Shown: in pieces, positions 57,470-64,000 of the stretch
Layout of the letters: the number at the start of each line of letters is the position of its first letter
Numbering within the stretch: position 1 is the stretch's first letter
Assembly: GCA_028290705.1 (NCBI GenBank)
Contig: JAQGJH010000014.1
Location: 7,761-71,760 of the forward strand
DNA from: Hyphomicrobiales bacterium
Lineage (GTDB): Bacteria; Pseudomonadota; Alphaproteobacteria; Rhizobiales; Beijerinckiaceae
Direction: 5' to 3'
DNA length: 64,000 nt
The notes under the pieces: model-generated
What the model was told of the DNA's origin: nothing
Databases searched by the model: none
What the model saw: only the letters and a program-made list of their open reading frames with translations
Position numbers and translations under genes: made by a program

Positions 57470-58192
57470 TCACGTGACGATATCTCCGCGCAGAAATGCG
57501 CATGTCTTCGGTTGGGCGGGACGTTCGAAGAAATCTGCGACCGGAGCGCTTTCCAGAATCGTGCCCGCGACCATGAAATGAACGTCGCCGGCGAGGCGCC
57601 TGACCTGGCCGAGATCATGCGAGGCGATCACCACCTTGACGCCCGAGGCGGCCGCATTTCGCACGATGTCCTCGACGGCGCGCGTGGCCGCTGGATCGAG
57701 ATTGGCGGTCGGCTCATCGAGCAGGAGCAGTTCGGGATCGCGGGCCAGGGCGCGCGCGAGTGCGAGCCGTTGCTGCTCGCCGCCGGACAGACGCCGTGCC
57801 GGTCGCCCGGCGAGCGCCGACAGGCTGGCCTGCGCCAATAATTCTTCGACGCGGCCTCGCACGCGATGTCCCGGGCAGCCCGCCTGGCGCAGCGCATAGG
57901 CGACGTTGGCCGCCGCCGAGCGGCGCAGCATGACGGGCCGCTGGAACAGCATGGCGCGGCGGCGCGGCGCCGGATCGGTTTGTCCGCCCCAGGTGACCCG
58001 GCCCGCATCCGGGCGCGACAGTCCCATGGCGATGCGCAGAAATGTGCTCTTGCCCGACCCATTGGGGCCCACGATCGCGCTCGGAGCCCCGGGCGCGATG
58101 GTGAGTTGGAGGTCGCGCAGCACCTGCACGCCCCCCAGAGTCTGGGAGACACGGTCGAAGACAAGGGGGAGTTCGCTCAGGGGGCCGCGCAT
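57470..58192 (-). CDS. tupC: Tungstate ABC transporter ATP-binding protein
   Basis: GPNGSGKS, FQRPVMLRRS...NV, LSGGEQQR, LLLDEPTA.LDP, SH. Confidence 0.9.
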   Translation of the reverse strand: MRGPLSELPLVFDRVSQTLGGVQVLRDLQLTIAPGAPSAIVGPNGSGKSTFLRIAMGLSRPDAGRVTWGGQTDPAPRRRAMLFQRPVMLRRSAAANVAYALRQAGCPGHRVRGRVEELLAQASLSALAGRPARRLSGGEQQRLALARALARDPELLLLDEPTANLDPAATRAVEDIVRNAAASGVKVVIASHDLGQVRRLAGDVHFMVAGTILESAPVADFFERPAQPKTCAFLRGDIVT

Positions 58193-58884
58193 TATGCGGC
58201 CTGCCGTTCGCCGATGGCGCGCACGCCCCAGGCAGCCGCATTGATGGCAAGGATCAACGCGAGAAGGATCGCTCCCAGCCCCATCGCGAGGGGCAGGTTG
58301 CCCTTCGAGGTTTCGAGTGCGATGGCGGTCGTCATGGTGCGGGTGAAGTTGTCGATGTTGCCGCCGACGATCATCACCGCGCCGACTTCGGCGGCGGCTC
58401 GGCCGAACCCCGCCAAGAGCGCCGTGATGAGGCTGAAGCGGGCGTCGTACAGCAGGGTCGCGAGCCGCGCCGCCGGCGTCACCCCCATGGCGTTCATTTC
58501 GTCGCGATATTCGTTCCAGAGATCATCCGCGGTCTGGCGCGTCAGGGCGGCGATGATGGGCGTAATCAGCAAGGCCTGGGCAAAGACCATGGCGGCTGGG
58601 GTGAACAGCAGCCCCCAGGAGCCCAGCGGGCCGGATCGCGACAGAAGCAGATAGACCGTGAGACCGACCACCACCGGCGGCAAACCCATGAAGGCGTTGA
58701 TCATGACGATCAGTGCGCCGCGGCCGGGAAAGCGCGTGAGCGCCAGCAATCCGCCGAGCGGCAAGCCCACGAGGGATGCAACCGCCACGGCCGACAGGCT
58801 GACGAACAGAGACAGTTGAACGATCGCATAAAGCGCCGGATCACCCGAAACGACGAGCTCCCATGCGGTCGACCCATCCTGCAT
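58192..58884 (-). CDS. tupB: Tungstate ABC transporter permease
   Basis: MGLPPVVVGL.VY.LLSRSGPLG, FGRA.AEVGA..IVGGNI...TR.MTTAI.LET.KG. Confidence 0.92.
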   Translation of the reverse strand: MQDGSTAWELVVSGDPALYAIVQLSLFVSLSAVAVASLVGLPLGGLLALTRFPGRGALIVMINAFMGLPPVVVGLTVYLLLSRSGPLGSWGLLFTPAAMVFAQALLITPIIAALTRQTADDLWNEYRDEMNAMGVTPAARLATLLYDARFSLITALLAGFGRAAAEVGAVMIVGGNIDNFTRTMTTAIALETSKGNLPLAMGLGAILLALILAINAAAWGVRAIGERQAA

Positions 58885-58899
58885 TTTGCCCTCCCATGG

Positions 58900-58961
58900 C
58901 TGCGATTTCCCGCGTATTGTTCACCTGTGTCAATGTTTGAAATCAGCGCAGGAAAACGCAG
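58900..58961. promoter_or_regulatory. Divergent tupB/regulator promoter with 15-bp imperfect inverted repeat
   Basis: CTGCGATTTCCCGCG (58900-58914) and CGCAGGAAAACGCAG (58947-58961) are 13/15 complementary and flank a minus-strand TTGACA (58928-58933). Confidence 0.5.
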
Positions 58962-58972
58962 GAGAAGGCTGG

Positions 58973-59851
58973 ATGGATTTGCTGACGACGGCGGAAGCAG
59001 CCGATTATCTTCGCCTGAAGGAACGGAAGCTCTACGAACTCGTGTCGGAGGGTGCGATTCCGTGCAGCAAGATCACCGGCAAATGGCTGTTTCCACGCCA
59101 CGAACTTGATCGGTGGGTGTTGTCGAGCCTCGCGGTGCCCCACGGCATGCAGGCTATTTTGCCGCCTCCCATCGTCGGCGGCAGCCAGGACCAGTTGCTC
59201 GAATGGGCCATGCGGGAATCCGGCTCGGGGCTCGCGTCCTTGCCGGAAGGCAGCGAAGCGGGCGTGGCGCGGCTGTTGCGCGGCGAGGTTCTGGCCTCGG
59301 CCATCCACTACCATCTCGCCGATCAGGAGGACGCCAACCCGACGTCAGTGCGCCGCATGGCGGCGCTGCATGACGGCGTTCTCGTCGGGTTTGCCCGCCG
59401 TGAGCAGGGCCTGCTGCTGCCGCCCGGCAACCCGCGCAAGATTTCGACCCTCATGGACGTGATCGACAGCGGCGCGAGGCTGGCCGTGCGCCAGCCGGGA
59501 GCCGGAGCACAGATGCTGCTGGACGTCTTGTTGCAGAAGGCCGGGGCCGACCTCAAGCGCCTGGCGAGGCTCGACCCGCCCTGTCTCACGGGCCCCGATC
59601 TTGCGGCGGCGGTGGCTGCAGGCCGGGCCGATTGCGGACTTGCGACCCGCAGCGCGGCTCGCACCGCGGGGCTCCACTTCGAGCCGGTCGCCTGGGAACA
59701 TTTCGATCTTCTGGTCAGGCAAGCGGATTATTTCCGGCCGCCTTTCCAGGCACTGATGCACTTCATGCGCAGCGAGTCGTTTCACGTGCGCGCGCGCGAA
59801 TTGTCCGGCTACGACATCGCCACTGCCGGACAAATTCGCTTCGCGCCTTGA
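58973..59851 (+). CDS. Excisionase-like HTH + PBP-domain regulator (TaoR-like molybdate/tungstate-responsive)
   Basis: MDLLTTAEAADYL.LKERK.Y.LV..G.IP..K.TGKWLF; then GS.D, GS..G, H, R.QGL, RQ.GAG; divergent from tupBCA. Confidence 0.85.
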   Translation: MDLLTTAEAADYLRLKERKLYELVSEGAIPCSKITGKWLFPRHELDRWVLSSLAVPHGMQAILPPPIVGGSQDQLLEWAMRESGSGLASLPEGSEAGVARLLRGEVLASAIHYHLADQEDANPTSVRRMAALHDGVLVGFARREQGLLLPPGNPRKISTLMDVIDSGARLAVRQPGAGAQMLLDVLLQKAGADLKRLARLDPPCLTGPDLAAAVAAGRADCGLATRSAARTAGLHFEPVAWEHFDLLVRQADYFRPPFQALMHFMRSESFHVRARELSGYDIATAGQIRFAP

Positions 59852-59853
59852 GG

Positions 59854-60729
59854 TCAGGCGATGGCTTCGATCTTTCCCATTTCACCCCGGCGGAAGGCCT
59901 CGATGGATTCGTGGATCTCGGCCTCGGTGTTCATCACGAATGGACCGTAGTGCGCGATCGGTTCGTTGAGCGGAACGCCGGTGAGCACCAGGAGCTTGCT
60001 GGCGCTTTCGGCGCGCAGAGCGACGACATCGCCGGCCGTCTCGAACGTCAGCAGAGAGGCGCCCGAGACCATGGTTCCCGCTACCGCGGCCGAGCCCGAG
60101 AGCAGCGCAACCATGACGCGATGGTCGCTCGGCACGGCGAGTTCGAGGTCGGCCCCGGCGTCGAGCGTCACGTCCCAGACGTTCAAAGGCGAGAAGGTGT
60201 GGGCCGGTCCCGCCACATCGCCGTAGGAGCCCGCCACGACCCGCAGAGAGCCTCGACCGGCCGCCAAAGCGGCCACCGGGATCTCGCCCGCAAACAGCGT
60301 CTGGTAGGCCGGGGCCACGCGCTTGTCGCGCGCCGGAAGATTGACCCAGAGCTGCGCCATCGACACCGTGCCGCCGCGCGCCGCGTGCTCGCGCGAGTGA
60401 AACTCCTCGTGCAGGACGCCCGCTCCAGCGGTCATCCATTGCACGTCGCCCGGCCCGATCGTGCCCGAATTGCCGGCCGAGTCACGATGCTCGACCTCGC
60501 CGTCGTAGACGATCGTCACGGTTTCAAAGCCGCGATGCGGATGAACCCCGACGCCCGGTGGCTTGCGGCGCGGGGGGAACTCGTGCGGAGCCGCGTAATC
60601 CAGCATCAGGAACGGGCTGACGTCCTGGCCGAACGCGAGGGGACCAAACAGCGGCTGGACGTGAAAGCCGTCGCCGACCCAATGGGCCGGCGGGCTCTTG
60701 TGAATGGCGGTGAGACGCCTGGGAGTCAT
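59854..60729 (-). CDS. Pirin family protein
   Basis: HWVGDGF, PFLMLD, HPHRGFETVT, H.DS.G, QWMTAG.G..HEE, QLWVNLP, GPFVMN. Confidence 0.95.
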   Translation of the reverse strand: MTPRRLTAIHKSPPAHWVGDGFHVQPLFGPLAFGQDVSPFLMLDYAAPHEFPPRRKPPGVGVHPHRGFETVTIVYDGEVEHRDSAGNSGTIGPGDVQWMTAGAGVLHEEFHSREHAARGGTVSMAQLWVNLPARDKRVAPAYQTLFAGEIPVAALAAGRGSLRVVAGSYGDVAGPAHTFSPLNVWDVTLDAGADLELAVPSDHRVMVALLSGSAAVAGTMVSGASLLTFETAGDVVALRAESASKLLVLTGVPLNEPIAHYGPFVMNTEAEIHESIEAFRRGEMGKIEAIA

Positions 60730-60748
60730 GATGAAGCCTTTCGAAAGC

Positions 60749-61147
60749 TCACGCGCGGTCGCGATCGAGACTCCAGGGTCCCGGACCGGCGGCGGCGAGA
60801 TAGAGGAAGACGAAGCAGAACAGGATGGCGGCGTCGCCGCCGTTGAGCGAGGGGAAGAACCCGCGCGACGCATGCGCCATGAAGTAGGCGACCGCCATCA
60901 TCCCCGAGAGAACGAAGGCGGTCGGCCGGGTGAACAGGCCGATCGTGATGAGAACGCCACCCACCAGTTCCAGCGCGCCCGCCAATCCCATGAACGAGAA
61001 CAGCGTCAGCTTGTCGAAGTTCGGGTCATGCGGAAAACCCAGCAGCTTCGATGTTCCATGCGCCAGGAAAAGGAGCCCGGTGATGATGCGGAGCGCTGCA
61101 TGGAGATGTGGCGCGAGAGACGCCGGGAGAATGGTGACGTTGGACAT
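60749..61147 (-). CDS. DoxX family membrane protein
   Basis: LRI..GL.F..HG..K, E..GG.L...GLFTR..A, MAVAY..AH, G.G.WSLD. Confidence 0.9.
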   Translation of the reverse strand: MSNVTILPASLAPHLHAALRIITGLLFLAHGTSKLLGFPHDPNFDKLTLFSFMGLAGALELVGGVLITIGLFTRPTAFVLSGMMAVAYFMAHASRGFFPSLNGGDAAILFCFVFLYLAAAGPGPWSLDRDRA

Positions 61148-61172
61148 GGGACCTGCCTGTTCGTGTTGTGGC

Positions 61173-61787
61173 TCAAGCGAAACGTGCGATTTCATCGAAC
61201 GCGAGACGCGGTGACCGCGGGAAGAGTTTCGATGCGTCACCGTAGCCGATGTTGACGAGAACGTTGGAGCGGATCTTCCCACCCGGGAAGAACTCGGAAT
61301 CAACTTTATCGGCATCGAAGCCCGTCATCGGGCCCGCGTCCAGTCCCAGCGCGCGCAGAGCCAGGATGAAATAGGCGACCTGCAGGGTGCCGTTCTTGTA
61401 AGCGGTGTCGTCCGCGAAGGCCTTGTTGCCCACGAACCAAGCCTTGGCGTCGGCATGCGGGAACAGGCGCGGCAGCAGTTCGTAAAATTCGCGGTCGTGC
61501 CCGAGGATGGCCGTGACCGGAGCACTCATGGTCTTGTCGACATTGCCGGGCGCGAGGGCGGCCTTGAGCTTTTCCTTCGCGGCCTGGCTCTGGACGAAGA
61601 CGAGGCGGAGCGGCGACGTGTTGGCGCTGGTCGGTCCCATCTTGGTGAGTTCGACCGCCTCGCGCAGCGGCGCTTCGGGCACGGGTGCGTCGAGCCAGTC
61701 GTTGTGCGTGCGGGCGTTCCGGAACAGCAGATCGAGGGCGGCATCGTCGAGCCGGGGTGACGTGTGGAGCGTGTCGTTGCGGGTCAT
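61173..61787 (-). CDS. rutE: Nitroreductase, RutE/malonic semialdehyde reductase family
   Basis: LF..ARTHN.W, GPTSAN.SP.R, GN..K...AP, N..LQ.AY.I.A.RALGLD.GPM.GFD, FPR.PRL.F. Confidence 0.85.
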   Translation of the reverse strand: MTRNDTLHTSPRLDDAALDLLFRNARTHNDWLDAPVPEAPLREAVELTKMGPTSANTSPLRLVFVQSQAAKEKLKAALAPGNVDKTMSAPVTAILGHDREFYELLPRLFPHADAKAWFVGNKAFADDTAYKNGTLQVAYFILALRALGLDAGPMTGFDADKVDSEFFPGGKIRSNVLVNIGYGDASKLFPRSPRLAFDEIARFA

Positions 61788-61867
61788 GGCGTGTCCTTTC
61801 AAGCAATCGGTGATGGACAGATGCCCCGTGCGATGCATCATAACAATTGGCCAAATATTGATGATTT

Positions 61868-61886
61868 CCATCTGAAATGGTGATGG
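61868..61886. promoter_or_regulatory. LysR T-N11-A binding box
   Basis: CCATC-N9-GATGG dyad (T61871-N11-A61883) abutting the lysR ATG, divergent from rutE. Confidence 0.65.
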
Positions 61887-62807
61887 ATGATTGAGAACCT
61901 CACGCTGGACCAGTTGCGCATCCTGGTGGCGGTCGCCGAAACTGGATCCTTCTCGGCTGCGGCCCGGCGCGTCGGCCGCGTTCAATCGGCCGTCAGCCAG
62001 TCCATGCAGGGATTGGAAGCGGTTCTGGGTACGGCCGTGTTCGACAGGAGCGGCAAGGTCCCGCGGTTGAACGAAGCCGGTCTGGCGATCCTGGCGGATG
62101 CGCGTCGCCTGGTCGAAGGCGCCCGGGTGCTGAAAGCCCGCGCCGGCAGCATGGCCTCGGGGCTGGAGCCGGATCTCGCGATTGCGGTCGACGCGATTTT
62201 CCCGAGCGCGATCCTGATGGCGAGCCTGAAGGCATTCAGCCAGCGGTTCGAGACCCTGCCCGTGTCGGTCTTCACAGAGGGCCTGGGCGGGCCGGAACAG
62301 CGTTTGCGCGATGGAGTCGTGCGCATCGCGCTGAATTCCTTCATCAGTCCTTCGGGTTGGCGCGACCTCGAGACCGAGTTCCTGACCCGCATTCCGATGA
62401 TCCCGGTCGTGGCGTCTCACCATCCCTTGGCGAAAGAGCCTGATCCGTTGCCGCGCGACCAGATCGAGCAGGTGACGCAACTCGTCCTGACCGACCGGAC
62501 CCCGTTGAGCCATTCGAGCTTCGGTGGCGTGATCAGCCAGAAGATCTGGCGGTTCGCCGACCTCGGCACGCGGCTCGAATATCTGCTCGCCGGCTTCGGC
62601 TGGTGCAACATGCCGACCCACATGGTGTCTGGCGCGATTGCCGATGGACGACTGAAGCGGCTCGACATCGTCGGCGCCGCGCCTGTCGAGCTGACCATCC
62701 ACGTGGCCTACGAGCGTGGTCGTGCGCCCGGGCCTGCCGGACGATGGCTGATCGACGACATGCGCGGACGACTGGCCGCCTGCCCGGAATCGTTCATCTT
62801 GAAATAA
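61887..62807 (+). CDS. LysR-family transcriptional regulator
   Basis: [20 protein letters not shown]...RVQSAVSQ....LE..LG...FDR. Confidence 0.95.
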   Translation: MIENLTLDQLRILVAVAETGSFSAAARRVGRVQSAVSQSMQGLEAVLGTAVFDRSGKVPRLNEAGLAILADARRLVEGARVLKARAGSMASGLEPDLAIAVDAIFPSAILMASLKAFSQRFETLPVSVFTEGLGGPEQRLRDGVVRIALNSFISPSGWRDLETEFLTRIPMIPVVASHHPLAKEPDPLPRDQIEQVTQLVLTDRTPLSHSSFGGVISQKIWRFADLGTRLEYLLAGFGWCNMPTHMVSGAIADGRLKRLDIVGAAPVELTIHVAYERGRAPGPAGRWLIDDMRGRLAACPESFILK

Positions 62808-62818
62808 GTCGCTGCGGC

Positions 62819-63145
62819 TCAGACCTTTTTCGGCGGCTCGAGACGCAAAGCATCCGCGCCACGCGTCTTGAGGAATGCCGCGACCTTGTCGGACATGGCC
62901 GCCAACACCCAGGGCAGCCGCACTCTCACGTTGACGCTGTCGTCTGTCACGTCCACTTCGCCGTCGATCGTCTGACCCAAGGCTCCGACCCGCAGATTTG
63001 CGTGACGCTCGCTCCATGAAATGTCCGCCGCGGACAGTTTCGAACCGAAATCGGCGCGCATCTTCTCGAGCCCGACGCGGAGGCGGCGTGTCGCCTCTTC
63101 CGCGCCGAGTTGATGCGGGATGCTGATCGTCATCTCGCGGCTCAT
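62819..63145 (-). CDS. Polyhydroxyalkanoic-acid-system family protein (PHA_gran_rgn-like)
   Basis: I.IPH.LG.EEA.RRL, W, GQ...G...V....V...V.LP..L. Confidence 0.8.
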   Translation of the reverse strand: MSREMTISIPHQLGAEEATRRLRVGLEKMRADFGSKLSAADISWSERHANLRVGALGQTIDGEVDVTDDSVNVRVRLPWVLAAMSDKVAAFLKTRGADALRLEPPKKV

Positions 63146-63169
63146 GTGGCCTCCCGTGCGCGCGTCGAC

Positions 63170-64000
63170 TTAAGCCGACACGCGGTTCCTGCGAGCCTCG
63201 GACGCCTTGTCCTCGATGGAGTCGCCAGCCTTCGACAGGCCCGTGGCTTCGAGCACGCCTTCGGCTGCGCCGCGAACGCGGCTTTCAACCGTCTGCATGG
63301 TCTCGCGCACGGCTTCACCGGCTCCCTCGCGCAATGCCTTGGCTGTCTCGCCGAGGGCGGCGCGTTCTCCCGATGACTGACGGATCATGCCACCCAGAAC
63401 CGCGCCGACCGCAAGCCCGATGGCGGACAGAAGCAGCGGATGATCGGCGCTGGCGTCACGCGCCGAGCGGCCGAACTCCACTCCGCGTTCACGCAGGTCG
63501 GCCGTTCTCTCGCTGGCCGCCGAGCGCCATTGCGCCGTCGAGTCGGAGACGCGGGAAGCTGCATCGCGCGCCGCGCCCTGCACGCGCCCCGGCAATTCGG
63601 CGGCCTGCTCGCGCCAATCCGAGGGATGCGCCCCGGCAGCGCGATCGCGCACGTGTTCCCAATTGTCGCTCAGCGTGTCGCGCGCCGTTTCCGTCCAGCG
63701 GCGTCCGGTTTCGGTGGAGCGCAGCAGACTGCCGGCGAAAGCGCCTGCGCCCGCGAGCACAAGCAGCATTCCAAGCTGGCCGCGATGATCCTCGTCGAAC
63801 AAGGGCTTGACCCGATCGACCGCCGGCCGGACCGCGTCGACCGCAGGCTGAACGCGATCGAGCGCCGGCTGCATCCGGTCCATGGCATTGCGTGCAAGAT
63901 CCTGCGCACGATCGGTCGCGGCCGTATAGGCGCTCGAGATCTGCCCCTTCAGGTTCTCGCCCGCCTCGCGCAGGGAGTCGGTGGCGGCAGACGCGCGGTC
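63170..64000 (-). CDS. Hypothetical Ala/Arg-rich helical protein with ElaB/DUF883-like TM motif; 5' end outside window
   Basis: Frame is open to base 64000; amphipathic repeats; [16 protein letters not shown] motif. Confidence 0.65.
   Translation of the reverse strand, partial: DRASAATDSLREAGENLKGQISSAYTAATDRAQDLARNAMDRMQPALDRVQPAVDAVRPAVDRVKPLFDEDHRGQLGMLLVLAGAGAFAGSLLRSTETGRRWTETARDTLSDNWEHVRDRAAGAHPSDWREQAAELPGRVQGAARDAASRVSDSTAQWRSAASERTADLRERGVEFGRSARDASADHPLLLSAIGLAVGAVLGGMIRQSSGERAALGETAKALREGAGEAVRETMQTVESRVRGAAEGVLEATGLSKAGDSIEDKASEARRNRVSA
63797..63880 (-). repeat. In-frame 21-nt degenerate tandem repeat (4 x 7 aa)
   Basis: [28 protein letters not shown]. Confidence 0.7.

Noticed and set aside
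58973-59130. Prophage or ICE excisionase
   Set aside because: The HTH is fused to a PBP domain; no integrase, att site or phage genes are nearby.
61173-63017. 614-aa apparent RutE fusion
   Set aside because: The extension is antisense to lysR; the real start is ATG 61787, behind an AAAGGA RBS.
1-64000. CRISPR arrays, IS elements, rRNA/tRNA
   Set aside because: No spaced repeats, transposase/integrase motifs or structural RNA signatures were seen; intergenic gaps are short.

Overview
High-GC alphaproteobacterial (Hyphomicrobiales-like, inferred from protein style) chromosomal segment, densely coding. I saw no rRNA, tRNA, CRISPR or mobile element. It has four blocks. (1) 1-2.8 kb: the end of an rSAM/selenodomain-associated (arsenosugar-type) operon, with two glycosyltransferase-like genes and an ArsS-like radical SAM enzyme fused to an atypical Cys-rich metallophosphoesterase. 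(2) 2.8-35 kb: an aromatic/xenobiotic catabolic region with Bug/TTT transporters, an AraC-linked ribB-hydrolase-LLM monooxygenase operon, an MhpA-like hydroxylase, an extradiol dioxygenase, phthalate 4,5-dioxygenase ophA1/A2/B with MarR and a linked nadC, an orphan EutA-like ATPase plus bicupin pair where the expected ophC decarboxylase is missing, and hydantoinase/oxoprolinase A+B. (3) 35-60 kb: a periplasmic formate dehydrogenase locus with tungstate uptake (tupBCA), three MoeA paralogues, mobA/mobB/fdhD/mrp/tusA and many uncharacterised accessory genes. (4) 60-64 kb: LysR-rutE-DoxX-pirin and stress-type genes. The strongest candidates for undescribed systems are the EutA-like/bicupin module coupled to phthalate dioxygenase, the phosphoesterase-ArsS fusion, and the W-FDH accessory machinery. 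All family calls come from motif recognition by eye, without database searches.
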